Counted from the stretch's first letter, positions 13,521-25,928 are shown. The stretch is DNA of 57,128 bases from Candidatus Sericytochromatia bacterium (GCA_035285865.1 JAYKHS010000012.1:1-57128), one strand, 5' to 3'. The notes: generated from the letters alone by a model not told the origin. Program-made: numbers and translations.

Positions 13521-14234
13521 CTACATGTTGACGAAGGCAAATCCGGGATCGAGAACGAAGTAGCCTTCAGGGAACCACCTCAGGCCTGGCTGCGCCGCGG
13601 CTGCACGGGGGCCCTCGACCCGCAGTTGCTTCATGATCTCTTCGCGGACCTTGCCGCGCAAGTCGCCGCCGAAGAGCCGTGCGAGCAGATCGAAGCCCTG
13701 CACCTGAGCGCCGATCGAAGAGGCCGGCTGATCGATGACGATGGTGCCGTCGCTGCGCGCATAGACCACGAACTCGAAGCGCACGGCAATGCGGTGCCCT
13801 TGTTGCTCGACGACGCCGGAACAGATGACGGCTGGGCCCTCACGCTTGGCCGTAAGCCCCGTGGGCAAGCCCTTGGCACAGTTCTTGAGCACCTCGGCAG
13901 CCACCTGGGTCACGGCCTGATCCCGGAAGGTCTGGCGATCCCTGTCGCCCTTGCCATCGTCCGCAAGGTAGCGGGTGATGATCTGGGCGGCTTCCCGCGG
14001 GTAAGCCTTCTTGACCCAGACCACGAAGGGATTCTTGGAGATGTCTCCGGCGTCGCCTGCGGCGGCGGGTGCAGGAGGCTGCGCGGTGACTGGCAGGCGG
14101 CCTGCCGGTGCCGGCGCTGCAGCAGGGTTTGTCCTGAGAACCGGTTGCGTGGCCGGTGCTTGGCCGCACGCCGTCGCCAACAGGACGAGGGCCCAGGCGA
14201 ACCTGGCCATCGGCGGGTGGGGGTGTGCGGGCAT
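13521..14234 (-). CDS. Hypothetical lipoprotein
   Basis: MARFAWALVLLATAC lipobox-like signal and Pro/Ala linker; the start may be 14210. Confidence 0.7.
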   Translation of the reverse strand: MPAHPHPPMARFAWALVLLATACGQAPATQPVLRTNPAAAPAPAGRLPVTAQPPAPAAAGDAGDISKNPFVVWVKKAYPREAAQIITRYLADDGKGDRDRQTFRDQAVTQVAAEVLKNCAKGLPTGLTAKREGPAVICSGVVEQQGHRIAVRFEFVVYARSDGTIVIDQPASSIGAQVQGFDLLARLFGGDLRGKVREEIMKQLRVEGPRAAAAQPGLRWFPEGYFVLDPGFAFVNM

Positions 14235-14279
14235 CTTGCATGGGTTGTCGGCATTTGCGCCGACTACCTGCCCAAGAGA

Positions 14280-14309
14280 AGGTTAAGAAATGTGTAACGA
14301 AGGGTTAGG
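14280..14309 (-). promoter_or_regulatory. Pho-box-like triple direct repeat (11-bp period)
   Basis: Minus strand CCTAACCC-ttc-GTTACACA-ttt-CTTAACCT upstream of the lipoprotein gene. Confidence 0.45.
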
Positions 14310-15801
14310 CCGTGACGCCCGTGACCACGCCACGGAAACGTGCCGGACTGGAGCCGTGGCTCATTTCAGCCGTCTGTCCGGGTTGACCCTTGCCGCAGTT
14401 GATCACCGACCACAGGTCGAACCAGCGGTTGTCGCAAACGGCATCGCAACTGTTCCAGAACTCGGGTGTGATGCCCTGGTAGTTCGGGTTGCGCAGCAGG
14501 CGTCCCAACTTGCCGTCCTTGATCTCCCACGCGACTTCGCAGCCGAACTGGAAGTTCAGGCGCATCTGGTCGATGGACCAGGACCGATTGGTGTCCATCA
14601 GGATGCCGTCCTTGGTATCCGCGATCAGTTCGTCCAGATCCCAGGTGCCCGGCATCAGGGACAGGTTCGGGATGCGGACGATGGGAATGTTGCTCCATCC
14701 TTCGGCGCGGTTGCAGCCGTTGGAACGACTTTCGCCAATGCGCTCGCAGAGTTCGCGGTTGGTGAAGTAGCCCTGATGGATACCGTCACGCACGATGTGC
14801 CAGCGCTGCGCGGCCACGCCGTCGTCGTCATAACCGGCCGTCGCGAGGCCACCCGGCACGGTCCCGTCCGCCACGAGGTTGACCACCTCGGAACCATAGC
14901 GGAACTTGCCCTGCTTTTCGGTCGTGCAGAAGGAGACACCGGCATAGTTGCTCTCCATGCCAAGGACCCGGTCCAGCTCATTGGGATGCCCCACAGACTC
15001 GTGGATCTGCAGGCAGAGCTGGCCTCCGAGCAGGATGAGGTCGTTGCGGCCACCCGGGCAGGCGGGTGCCGTCAGCAGCGCCACGGCCTCGTCACGGATG
15101 CGGGCGGCATTCTCGACCAGCTTGAGGGCCGGCACGATCTCGTAGCCCATGGTCTTGTGGTGACCGCGGAACGAGGCGGGAAAGGAACGGGTCTGGGCAT
15201 CGCCGTTGCCGACGGCCGTGACCTCGAAGCCGCCGCCGCAACGGGTGATCTCCTGGTCGATGAAGGTGCCTTCGGTCGTCGCGAACCACTGCCGCTCACG
15301 AAGGGCCTCGAGGGTGGATTCCGCCACCACGATTTCGGGACGCTCCCGCAGGATGGCATCCACTTCGCGCAGGTGGGCGATCTTGGTCTCCAGCGGGACC
15401 CGGAAGGGATCGATCTGGTAGGGCGTCTGCCAGCGGTCCTGGACCGGACGTTCGTGGGCGAGGCGTACCGGCTGCTGCCGGACGGTGGCGCTCGCTCGAG
15501 CGACGCGCACGGCCATCCTCGCCGCCTCGACGAGGGCCTCGGTCGTCAGATCCGGTGTGGAAGCAAAGCCCCAGGCACCCTCGGCCAGCACGCGCACGCC
15601 CGTGCCGACATCGTGGCTGCGCTCGAGTTCGCCGATCTGGCCGTTCTTCAGGATGATGCGCTCGCGCATCGTGTGGACGATGCGCACGTCGGCATAGGTC
15701 GCACCGGCGACCTGCGCGGCATTCAGGGCAGCCGTCGCGAGGTCGCGGGCATGCACCACCAACTGGTCGGCGGCCACGGGGGCAAGGGTCGTGGGGGTCA
15801 T
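14305..15801 (-). CDS. tldD: TldD metalloprotease subunit
   Basis: YADVR, GVRVLAEGAWGFAS, HESVGHPNELD (HExxxH), YDDDG, C-terminal NCGKGQPGQ. Confidence 0.93.
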   Translation of the reverse strand: MTPTTLAPVAADQLVVHARDLATAALNAAQVAGATYADVRIVHTMRERIILKNGQIGELERSHDVGTGVRVLAEGAWGFASTPDLTTEALVEAARMAVRVARASATVRQQPVRLAHERPVQDRWQTPYQIDPFRVPLETKIAHLREVDAILRERPEIVVAESTLEALRERQWFATTEGTFIDQEITRCGGGFEVTAVGNGDAQTRSFPASFRGHHKTMGYEIVPALKLVENAARIRDEAVALLTAPACPGGRNDLILLGGQLCLQIHESVGHPNELDRVLGMESNYAGVSFCTTEKQGKFRYGSEVVNLVADGTVPGGLATAGYDDDGVAAQRWHIVRDGIHQGYFTNRELCERIGESRSNGCNRAEGWSNIPIVRIPNLSLMPGTWDLDELIADTKDGILMDTNRSWSIDQMRLNFQFGCEVAWEIKDGKLGRLLRNPNYQGITPEFWNSCDAVCDNRWFDLWSVINCGKGQPGQTAEMSHGSSPARFRGVVTGVTA

Positions 15802-15820
15802 CCTGAGGTCCTTCCTGCGA

Positions 15821-17155
15821 TCAGAAGCCGGCAGGGCTGGAGAAGTGCATGCGCGGCAGGCGCATCGCCGGGGCGAGGGACGTACCCTCCCAGAAGGCCG
15901 CGGCCCACTCCCTGTCTCGGGATAGGGCGTCGATGCTGCCCAACATCTGGATCAGGGAGTCCGTGAAGCGCATGTTCTCGACCGGATAGGCGATCTCGCC
16001 CTTCTCGACCCAGAATGTACCGCTGCGCGTCATGCCGGTGACGGACAGGTCCATGCGATCCACGACATTCAGGTAGTGCAACTGCGTCACGAGCAGGCCC
16101 TTGTCCAGGCCGCGCACGAGGTCTTCGTCCCGGACGACGCCGGGGGAGACGACCAGATGGGAGGCATAGGCTCCGTAGGGATTGGGGGCAGGGCCACCAT
16201 GTCCTGTCGGTGCCACGCCTGCCCTGGCGGCCGTGGCCCGGTCATGGACCAGGCCCGTGAACCGACCGGCGTCGATCAGGGGGACTCGCTGCCGCGGAAC
16301 ACCCTCGTAGTCGAAGGGCAAGCCCGGAACCTCGACGATGTCGTCGACGATGGTCAGCTTGGGGTCGAAGAACTGTTCGCCCATCCTGTCGAGCGCGAAA
16401 TGTCGGCCTTCCAGATAATCGAGGGCATTGAAGGCCATCCACGGGAACATCCGCACGAGGTCGGCCACGGCGGCCGCTTCGAGGACGACCGGATAGTGGC
16501 CTGGCGGCAGCGGCCGGTGGTGCCGGCTGGCCAGCGCCTTGCGCACGGCCCGCTGTGCCACGGCTTCGGCATCGATCAGGTCGGGGTTGCTGACGACCTG
16601 CTTGGCCCAGCCGGAACCGTCGTCCTTGTCTGCCGTGACGGAGTATTCGCAGCGCTGCGTCGTCGCATCCGCGTGCACGCCCCTGCTGTTCAGGATGACG
16701 ACGCGCGTGCGGGTCTGGGCCGAGATGCCCGCCGCCCGGGCACCTGCTTCGAGACAGAGGCGAACCGCAAGACCGGCCTGCGCCGCCCGGTCTTCGGGCG
16801 AGCCGTCTCGCATGCCACGATCCGGTTGCGTGCGGTAGGTCTGCGGTCCCTCGAGCATGGTCATCATGGCCGGATCCGGGTCCTGCAGGGCTGCCAGGCT
16901 CATCGCATCCTCGATCGCCTGACGGATGCCCCGATCATGCAACTGGGTGGTATCCACCCGGGCCTCACGGCCCTGATGCTGGACCCGGATCGAGAGGCTG
17001 CGCACCTGCTTGGCCACATTCTGCGTGATGGCGTTGTCGCCGAAGCGGGTCAGTTCCTCGCGGGAGTCCGTCAGGATGAACTCGGTCGCCTCCGCGGGCG
17101 AGGACGCAAGGGCCGCCTCGAGCGTGGCAGTCAGGTCCGGCGAGGTCACGGGCAT
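15821..17155 (-). CDS. tldE: TldE/PmbA family protein
   Basis: LTRFGDNAITQN, PPGHYPVVLE, FDYEGVP, TGMTRSG, NMRFTDS; no HExxxH; adjacent to tldD; GGAGG precedes ATG 17155. Confidence 0.88.
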   Translation of the reverse strand: MPVTSPDLTATLEAALASSPAEATEFILTDSREELTRFGDNAITQNVAKQVRSLSIRVQHQGREARVDTTQLHDRGIRQAIEDAMSLAALQDPDPAMMTMLEGPQTYRTQPDRGMRDGSPEDRAAQAGLAVRLCLEAGARAAGISAQTRTRVVILNSRGVHADATTQRCEYSVTADKDDGSGWAKQVVSNPDLIDAEAVAQRAVRKALASRHHRPLPPGHYPVVLEAAAVADLVRMFPWMAFNALDYLEGRHFALDRMGEQFFDPKLTIVDDIVEVPGLPFDYEGVPRQRVPLIDAGRFTGLVHDRATAARAGVAPTGHGGPAPNPYGAYASHLVVSPGVVRDEDLVRGLDKGLLVTQLHYLNVVDRMDLSVTGMTRSGTFWVEKGEIAYPVENMRFTDSLIQMLGSIDALSRDREWAAAFWEGTSLAPAMRLPRMHFSSPAGF

Positions 17156-17206
17156 GGAATCGGCCTCCGATGAGCAGGCGTCCATGGTACCGGATCGCGA
17201 CCCGAC

Positions 17207-18142
17207 TCAAGGGGTCGGCGGCCAGAGAAAACTCAGGGCGCGGGGCAGGCGCGCGGCCCAGCAGGCCTCATTGTGGATGCCGGTGGGATCCTCGATCCAG
17301 AGCAGGTCTTCTCCGGCGGTGAAGCCGACCGAGACGAGCAGCTCCTTCATGATGCGGGCATCGCGCAGCAGCCGGGTGCCCGGGCCCGCGCGCATCTCGC
17401 GCCCGCCGAAGTCGAGGTAGACCCGCGAGCCCTTCGGCTGGGTGGCTGCGGCCGCAACGTGGTCGAAGATCGCGCCACGCGCGAACCAGAGCGAGGGCGA
17501 CATCACGAGGGCGCGACCGAAGGCGTCCGGGCGACGGAACAGGGCATAGAGTGCCGTCAGGCCACCCATGGACGATCCGCCGATGCCGGTGTTCGCCGGG
17601 CCCGTCAGCGTCAGGAATCGGTGGTTGATCTCGTCGGCGAGCCCCCCCGCAACCCAGTCGATGAACTTGTCTCCCTCGCCCGTGCAGCCGTAATGGGCAT
17701 CGGGCCAAGGGCTCTGCTCGCTGATGCGGTGGCCTTCGCCGTTGTAGATCCCGACCATGATGCCGGGTGTGAACGCGCCTTCGGCCGTCAGGCGATCGAC
17801 CGTCAGGTCGACCTCCCAGTCACCGGAAAAGGAGGTGTAGGGGTCGAAGAGGTTCTGCCCGTCGAAGAGGTACGTCACCGGATAGCGCGTGCTGCCCTTG
17901 GGGTCATAACCGGGCGGCAGGTAGACCGCCACGGTACGGGTTCGGCCCAGCGAGGGAATCTGCAGCGGGCCAAGCAGCATGAGCCGTCCGCGTCGACGCG
18001 GACGACCCGGCGGGTCCAACTGGACGGTGCGACTGGGAGACTTCAAGGACTGACCTTCGTGGACGTCGGCATCATACCCGGCAGGCATCGGGCATGACGT
18101 GCGCTTTACGATTCCTTGCGAACCGTGTTTTCCTGCAGCCAC
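17207..18142 (-). CDS. Alpha/beta-hydrolase esterase (start uncertain, probably downstream of 18142)
   Basis: VYLPPGY, YLFDGQNLF, GGSSMGG nucleophile elbow, HNEACW. Confidence 0.88.
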   Translation of the reverse strand: MAAGKHGSQGIVKRTSCPMPAGYDADVHEGQSLKSPSRTVQLDPPGRPRRRGRLMLLGPLQIPSLGRTRTVAVYLPPGYDPKGSTRYPVTYLFDGQNLFDPYTSFSGDWEVDLTVDRLTAEGAFTPGIMVGIYNGEGHRISEQSPWPDAHYGCTGEGDKFIDWVAGGLADEINHRFLTLTGPANTGIGGSSMGGLTALYALFRRPDAFGRALVMSPSLWFARGAIFDHVAAAATQPKGSRVYLDFGGREMRAGPGTRLLRDARIMKELLVSVGFTAGEDLLWIEDPTGIHNEACWAARLPRALSFLWPPTP

Positions 18143-18741
18143 GCGACGGCCTCGGCCAACATCGCGTCGAGGGCCTTGCGCTCGCGGTTGAACAGGTGAT
18201 CGGCCCCCGGAATAGCCCAGGTGCGCACGGGCTCCGGCAGTTCACCGAACCACGCCGCGACGTCCGGGGCGAATTCGTCCTCGGTGCCGCAGAGCAGGGC
18301 CCTGGGCTTGCGGCTACGCACCACGGGTTTGGTATCCCAGCCCCGCACGAGGGGAACGCCAACCCCCAGCAGGCCCGTCACGCGCGGGTCGGCATCGCCC
18401 TCGGTCAGGCCGACCACGGAGCCGAACGAGAAGCCACCGACCCAGAGCGGCAGCCCGGGGTATCGGGCCACCATCCAGTCCAGCGCGGCACGGACGTCCT
18501 CGCGCTCGGGGCCACCCCCCCCGTGAGAACCCGTCGATTGGCCGACGCCGCGGAAGTTGAACCGGACGACCGCGATCCCGGCCTTGCGCATGGCGTCCGC
18601 AATCCGGAACACCACGTGGTTGTGCATGGTGCCGCCATGCAGCGGATGAGGGTGGCAGACCACGGCTGCCGTCCGAGCCTCCGGCTGTGGCCAGTGGATG
18701 GCCTCGAGCTGGCCGTGGGGGGCCGGAATCAGCACGTTCAA
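18106..18741 (-). CDS. Alpha/beta-fold hydrolase
   Basis: HPHPLHGGTMHN, RFNFRGVG, GFSFG, GADHLF. Confidence 0.92.
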   Translation of the reverse strand: MNVLIPAPHGQLEAIHWPQPEARTAAVVCHPHPLHGGTMHNHVVFRIADAMRKAGIAVVRFNFRGVGQSTGSHGGGGPEREDVRAALDWMVARYPGLPLWVGGFSFGSVVGLTEGDADPRVTGLLGVGVPLVRGWDTKPVVRSRKPRALLCGTEDEFAPDVAAWFGELPEPVRTWAIPGADHLFNRERKALDAMLAEAVAWLQENTVRKES

Positions 18742-21461
18742 CGGGCTTCGGCCTCGAAGAGGTAGCGCACGTCATCGGCCGTCAGGGACGCGCTGATCGG
18801 GCCCTCGGACAGGACCTCCTGCACCATCTGGCGCTTGCGGGCCTGCAACTGGAGCACCTTTTCCTCGATGGTTCCCCGGGCGATCAGTTTGTAGCTGAAG
18901 ACGTGGCGGGTCTGGCCGATGCGGTGTGCCCGGTCGGTGGCCTGGTCTTCGACGGCGGGATTCCACCAGGGGTCGAAATGCACCACGTAGTCCGCACCTG
19001 TCAGGTTGAGACCCGTGCCGCCCGCCTTGAGGCTGATGAGGAACACCGGGGTCGTGCCCTGGTTGAAGCGTTCGACGCGCTCGAGACGATCCTTGGTCTG
19101 TCCGTCCAGGTACTCGGTGGCCATGCCCAATGCCTCGATGCGCGGACGCAGCAGTTGCAGGACCCGCACGAACTGGGAGAAGACCAGCACGCGATGGCCC
19201 TCCGCGACGGCTTGTTCCAGCAGTTCCAGCAAGGCTTCGACCTTTGCGGACGGAATGTCCTGGACGGCTTCGGTGCCCAGCAGGGCCGGCGCGCAGCAGA
19301 TCTGCCGCAGGCGCAGCAGGGCCTCGAGGATATGCAGGTGGGCACCACCCACGCCCCTGCGTTCGACGGCTTCGAGCACGCCACCCCGCAGCAGTTGCAG
19401 GGTCTGGTCGTACAAGCGGCGTTGGTCCTCGCCCAACTCGCACCACGAGACCATCTCGGTGCGCGGGGGCAGATCCGTCGCGACGTCGCGCTTCAGGCGG
19501 CGGAGGATGTACGGGGCCGTGCGGCGGCGCAGGCGCTCCCAGCGGGTCGTGTCGCCGGTTGCCGCGGCACCGGTGGTGGCTTGGCGGAACTCGCGCTCGC
19601 TGCCGAGCAAGCCCGGCATCAGGAAGTGGAAGAGGCTCCACAACTCAAGGGGATGATTCTCCAGAGGGGTGCCGCTCAGGCACAGGCGATGCCGGGCCTT
19701 CAGGGTCCGCGCCGCCTGCGCCGACTGGGCGTGCGGGTTCTTGATGTTGTGGGCTTCGTCCAGGATCAGGGCATGCCAGGGATGGTCCATCAGGAAGGCC
19801 AGGTCGCGACGCAGCAGGTTGTAGCTGGTGATGACGACGTTGTGCTCGGGAGCCTTGGCGATGAAGGGACGTCTTCCCGGCCCGTGCAGGACCAGCACCT
19901 TCAGCTCAGGAGCGAATCGTTCCAGTTCGCGCTCCCAGTTGTAGATGACCGAGGTCGGGACCACCAGCAGCGTCGGGGCCGTGACGCCCCTCTCGTGCTC
20001 GCGCAGGATCCAGCTGATCGCCTGAATCGTTTTGCCAAGACCCATGTCGTCGGCGAGGATGCCGTGCAGGCCGTGGTCAGAAAGGAATGACAGGAAGTCG
20101 AGCCCGCGACGCTGGTAGGGCCGAAGCTCCCCGGCGAGGCCTGTGGGCACGGCCACCTCGACCAGTTCCTCGCGGTTGACGAGCCGTTCACGGAAGGCCA
20201 GCCACTGCGGATCCGGCTCCGCCTCGTCTGCCGAGGCAAGCAGGTCCTCGACCACCGTCGCGAGGTAGCCCGGAAGGCGACGCGTCAGGGCCGTGCCCGG
20301 TCCCAGACCCCGCTGCTGACGAAGCCACTCCTCGGGCAGGCGCGCGTGCGTCCCATCTCCGAGCCGGACATAGCGGCTACGCCCCTTGAGGGCCTCCAGC
20401 AAGGTCAGTTCGTCCAGCAGCCGATCGCCGAGCATGACGTCCGAGCGGACCTCCAGCCAGTCAATCCCCGTGGAGACGGAGACCCGGACCCGGGTCCGAT
20501 CTTCGGTGACCCGCAGGCGACGCAGGCGCTCGCGTCCGTAGATTTCCCAGCCTTCTCCGATGAGTCTGGCTGCATGGTCCATCAGGAAGTCGAGGGCTTG
20601 ATCGTCCTCGGCCACGAACACGCCGGCCATGCGCGGCTCGAGGCCGGTATCGAGCAGGCGTTCCATCAGGCTCGCCTCGAGTTCGGGCCTGCGCAACCAA
20701 TGGCCCCAGCGCCCGTCGTGCTGGCCCGGGATGGCCTGACGCGGGTCCCCCGGCGAGATGGGCGTCGCCTCCCCGTAGCGGAACGTGAGGCGCGCCACGA
20801 GCCGGTCATCATCCTCGAGGAGCGTCAACCGCGGGACCGGGGCCACCTTGGGGTGGGCGTGCTGCAGGGCTTCCGGCGCTTCTTCGACCGTTTCATCGAC
20901 CGTAAGGGCCTCGGGCATGGGCACGGGTGGTTCACCGCGGCGGACCGGGCGCAACACCCCTTCGATCCACGCCCACAGTTGGTCCTCGGGGCCCAGCAGC
21001 GCACCTGTCGGAATGGGCGTGCCATCCGACTCCTGCAGGCTGGGCAGGTCGTAGACTGCCCGGGCCTGCAGGATGACGGGCAGATCGGGACGGATGTCGC
21101 TGCGGACGAAGTGGCAGCGGGTCAGCCCCTCGACAATGGTCGGCACGAGCGGGTCCGGCACCGGCATGCCGCGAACACGGGCATCGGCGATGGCAGCCTT
21201 GTGCTGGTTGTGAAACGGGACCAGCGACTGAACCAGCGGCTTTTCGTCCTCGGGAATCTGCCAGGCCGAGGGGGGAGCCCAGATCTGCAAGGGACGAACC
21301 TGGCCGGGCATGCCGTCCTCATGCACCCGGGCAAAGTCCACGGCCAGCCACAGGCAATAGGGCCGGACGAAGTAACTCTCCAGCTTGCGGGGCACCGGCC
21401 CGACCAGCAGGGTGTAGACGGCGGTGGAGCTGCCGGGGACGGGAGACTGGCCATTCATCAT
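18738..21461 (-). CDS. SNF2/SWI2-family helicase
   Basis: LRPYQ, ILADDMGLGKT, ILDEAHNIKN, LSGTPLEN, SLKAGGTGLNL, QATDRAHRIGQ. Confidence 0.95.
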   Translation of the reverse strand: MMNGQSPVPGSSTAVYTLLVGPVPRKLESYFVRPYCLWLAVDFARVHEDGMPGQVRPLQIWAPPSAWQIPEDEKPLVQSLVPFHNQHKAAIADARVRGMPVPDPLVPTIVEGLTRCHFVRSDIRPDLPVILQARAVYDLPSLQESDGTPIPTGALLGPEDQLWAWIEGVLRPVRRGEPPVPMPEALTVDETVEEAPEALQHAHPKVAPVPRLTLLEDDDRLVARLTFRYGEATPISPGDPRQAIPGQHDGRWGHWLRRPELEASLMERLLDTGLEPRMAGVFVAEDDQALDFLMDHAARLIGEGWEIYGRERLRRLRVTEDRTRVRVSVSTGIDWLEVRSDVMLGDRLLDELTLLEALKGRSRYVRLGDGTHARLPEEWLRQQRGLGPGTALTRRLPGYLATVVEDLLASADEAEPDPQWLAFRERLVNREELVEVAVPTGLAGELRPYQRRGLDFLSFLSDHGLHGILADDMGLGKTIQAISWILREHERGVTAPTLLVVPTSVIYNWERELERFAPELKVLVLHGPGRRPFIAKAPEHNVVITSYNLLRRDLAFLMDHPWHALILDEAHNIKNPHAQSAQAARTLKARHRLCLSGTPLENHPLELWSLFHFLMPGLLGSEREFRQATTGAAATGDTTRWERLRRRTAPYILRRLKRDVATDLPPRTEMVSWCELGEDQRRLYDQTLQLLRGGVLEAVERRGVGGAHLHILEALLRLRQICCAPALLGTEAVQDIPSAKVEALLELLEQAVAEGHRVLVFSQFVRVLQLLRPRIEALGMATEYLDGQTKDRLERVERFNQGTTPVFLISLKAGGTGLNLTGADYVVHFDPWWNPAVEDQATDRAHRIGQTRHVFSYKLIARGTIEEKVLQLQARKRQMVQEVLSEGPISASLTADDVRYLFEAEAR

Positions 21462-21510
21462 GGGGAGGGTCCATGGTAGCACGCCCACCCTTGCGGTACG
21501 CTGTCAGGCC

Positions 21511-23205
21511 ATGACGGTCCGATACCACCTCGAGGCGACGCAGCCCCACACGCACCGTGCACGCATCCGGATGGAGGTTCCCCCGCATCCGGGACCGATG
21601 ACCCTGGCCATGGCTTCGTGGACCGGAGGGGCCTACAAAGTGGTCGACCACGCCAGGAACGTGCGCGGACTCGAGGTCACGGATGCTTCCGGCCGTCCCG
21701 TCGAAGTCCGGCGTCTCGATTTGCATCGCTGGCGCGTTCCCGATGGCTCGGACGGACTCGTCATCCGCTATGAGGTCTTTCTCGACAAGCTCATGATCCA
21801 TCAGGGCCAGTTGGATGCCGGCCACCTGCATGCGTGCGGACAGGTGCTCTGGCTCGGCATCCCCGAGGTCCGCGGATGGCCCGCCGAGGTACGCATGACC
21901 TTGCCGGACGGCTGGCGCGTGGCGTGGAACCTGCCGCAGCAGGCGGATGCCTGGCTTGCACGGGACTGGGATACCCTCATCGAGGCACCTGTCGAGGCGG
22001 GGCGTTGGCACGAGGAGGCCGAAGCCGAGTCGGGCGGGGTCACGTGGCAAGTGGTCCACCATGACGTGCTCGGACCGGGAAACCCCCGGGTTTCGGCCAT
22101 GTTGCCCGAGTTGGCCGCCACGATGGGGCGCCTCGGTCAGGAGATCGCGGCTATTTTCGGCGAGATGCCGTTCCGTCGCTATCAGGCCATTTTCCACGAG
22201 TGCACGGAGCCGGGCTTCCTGAACGGGCTCGAACATCGGGATGCCATGACGATGCAGGGCCCCCTCGGTCTCGAGGGGGATGCAGAGGGCTTCCTGACCA
22301 TGGTGGCCCATGAGGTTTTTCATGCGTGGAACGGGCGTCGGATGTCTCCCACCGGACTCGAGCGTGGCACCGATTACTGGCGTCCCGGACATACGCACGG
22401 GCTCTGGGTGGTCGAGGGTTGCACGGAGTACTACGCCAGCCTCGTGATGCTGCGGTCCGGACTGATGACCCCGGCCGCCTGGACACGACAGTTGGGTGGG
22501 TTGGTGACGGCGCTGGAAGGTACGCCCGGACGCAAGATCACGACCTTGGCCGAATCGAGCTTCATCACGTGGAACTTCATGGATGACCGTTGGAACGGGG
22601 CCGTGAACTATTACCTCAAGGGCGCTTTGATGGCCTGGGCGCTCGATGTCGAGCTGCGTGAGCGGTCCGCCGACAGGGTGTCGCTGGACGACCTGATGCG
22701 GGCGCTCTGGCAGCAGTTCGGCGATGCACGGCCGTGGGACCCCCCGGCCGTCGAGGCTCTGGCGTGCGCCCTCGTGCCCGGTCTGGAGCCATTCTTTGCC
22801 TTCTGGTTGCACGGGTTCGGAGATCCGGACTGGACGGGCCTGGCGCGTCGTGCCGGCCTCGCCCACAAGGTCCGCAAGGCACCGTGGCTCGGCCTCAGGA
22901 TGGGGGCAGAGGATCGGGTGGCCTCGGTCGAAGCGGGGTCACCTGCGGAGCAGGCCGGCCTGCAGCGGGGTGACAGGCTGTCGATGCCGGACGGCTCTGC
23001 CGTCGGGCCCTCGCTGGCGTCTCGATCGATAGGCGACGACTGGAAGGTACGCTGGGAGCGTCCGCGCGAGGTGGGCGAAGCCATCGTCCGGGTCGCGGAG
23101 CGGCTGGACCACTCCTTCAGGCCGGACGATCGTGCGGAGCGCGTGGCCAAGCGGCGTTTCGCGCGCTGGCAGAGCACCGCCGAGGCGACGTTCGTCAACG
23201 CCTGA
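21511..23205 (+). CDS. M61 glycyl aminopeptidase with C-terminal PDZ domain
   Basis: GLEH, HEVFHAWN, LWVVEGCTEYY, NYYLKG, GSPAEQAGLQRGD. Confidence 0.92.
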   Translation: MTVRYHLEATQPHTHRARIRMEVPPHPGPMTLAMASWTGGAYKVVDHARNVRGLEVTDASGRPVEVRRLDLHRWRVPDGSDGLVIRYEVFLDKLMIHQGQLDAGHLHACGQVLWLGIPEVRGWPAEVRMTLPDGWRVAWNLPQQADAWLARDWDTLIEAPVEAGRWHEEAEAESGGVTWQVVHHDVLGPGNPRVSAMLPELAATMGRLGQEIAAIFGEMPFRRYQAIFHECTEPGFLNGLEHRDAMTMQGPLGLEGDAEGFLTMVAHEVFHAWNGRRMSPTGLERGTDYWRPGHTHGLWVVEGCTEYYASLVMLRSGLMTPAAWTRQLGGLVTALEGTPGRKITTLAESSFITWNFMDDRWNGAVNYYLKGALMAWALDVELRERSADRVSLDDLMRALWQQFGDARPWDPPAVEALACALVPGLEPFFAFWLHGFGDPDWTGLARRAGLAHKVRKAPWLGLRMGAEDRVASVEAGSPAEQAGLQRGDRLSMPDGSAVGPSLASRSIGDDWKVRWERPREVGEAIVRVAERLDHSFRPDDRAERVAKRRFARWQSTAEATFVNA

Positions 23206-23219
23206 GCGAAACCGGCTCG

Positions 23220-24212
23220 TCAGCCCTTGCGCCGCACCCGGACATGGGCCAGTGCCGCAGCTCCGAGCGGGCCCGCATCGTCGCCCAGCGTCGAGGGCAG
23301 GATCCTGGGGCCCTCGGCTCCTGTCCAGCCCCGCAAGCACGCGCCCCGGGCGCGCTCCCGAATCGGGGCCACGAAACCATCGCCCAGTTTCTGGACCAGC
23401 CCGCCTCCGATGACCACCACTTCCGGGTCAAGCAGGTTCAGGATGTTGGTGACGAGGGTACCGAGGTGAACTTGTGCTTCGGCGAGGGCCTCGCGGGCCA
23501 CGTCGTCCCCTTCGAGCAGGGCCTTGCGGATGATGCCGGCCGTGATGCGGCTGCGCCCTTTCTCCGCAAGCAGGCGGGGCACGGCCGATGTCCGCCCGGA
23601 AGCCATCATGGCGCGGATATGCCGTTCGATGGCCGTACGGCTCGCCAGGGCCTCCACGCAGCCGATTCGGCCACATCCGCATGGTTCGCTGGTCGAGGCC
23701 ACGACCATGTGGCCGATCTCGCCGGCAGCACCCGATGCGCCCACGTGCAGGCGTCCCTGCTGGATCAGCCCCCCACCGATGCCGGTTCCGACCCAGATGC
23801 CCACGGCCTGCCGCGCGCCGCGGGCCGCACCGAAGCGGTGCTCCCCCTCGATCGCGACCTGCACGTCGTTGGCCAGCGTGACGGGCACGCGATGGCGCGT
23901 CTCCAGGAGAGCGACCAGAGGGACCTCGCGCCAGCCGAGGTTGACCGCGCGCGTGACCACGCCCCGATCGCGCGCGACGGCGCCCGGAACACCCACGCCG
24001 AGGCCGGCCAGATCCTCCAGCGAACGGTCCGCCTTGGCGGCGCAGGTTTTCAAGAGGTCGGCCAGCAGGTCAAGGATGGCGGACGGATCCTCCTGAGGTG
24101 GGGGCGTGATGCCCTTGGCCCGGGCAAGGATGCGCCCGCGGGGGGTGGCGAGTACCACCGAAAGGCTGGTGCCGCCGATGTCGGCGCCGGCCAGGAACCT
24201 GCGGTCCCCCAC
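23220..24212 (-). CDS. ROK family sugar kinase (glucokinase-like)
   Basis: GADIGGT, GTGIGGG, AGEIGHM, CGCGRIGCVE; GTG start at 24212. Confidence 0.92.
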   Translation of the reverse strand: MGDRRFLAGADIGGTSLSVVLATPRGRILARAKGITPPPQEDPSAILDLLADLLKTCAAKADRSLEDLAGLGVGVPGAVARDRGVVTRAVNLGWREVPLVALLETRHRVPVTLANDVQVAIEGEHRFGAARGARQAVGIWVGTGIGGGLIQQGRLHVGASGAAGEIGHMVVASTSEPCGCGRIGCVEALASRTAIERHIRAMMASGRTSAVPRLLAEKGRSRITAGIIRKALLEGDDVAREALAEAQVHLGTLVTNILNLLDPEVVVIGGGLVQKLGDGFVAPIRERARGACLRGWTGAEGPRILPSTLGDDAGPLGAAALAHVRVRRKG

Positions 24213-24216
24213 GGAA

Positions 24217-25875
<1,659 letters not shown>

Positions 25876-25928
25876 GGGTCCCTCCCCTTCGGATCGGGGG
25901 CATGATACCGCGGAACGGGGTTTCGCCG

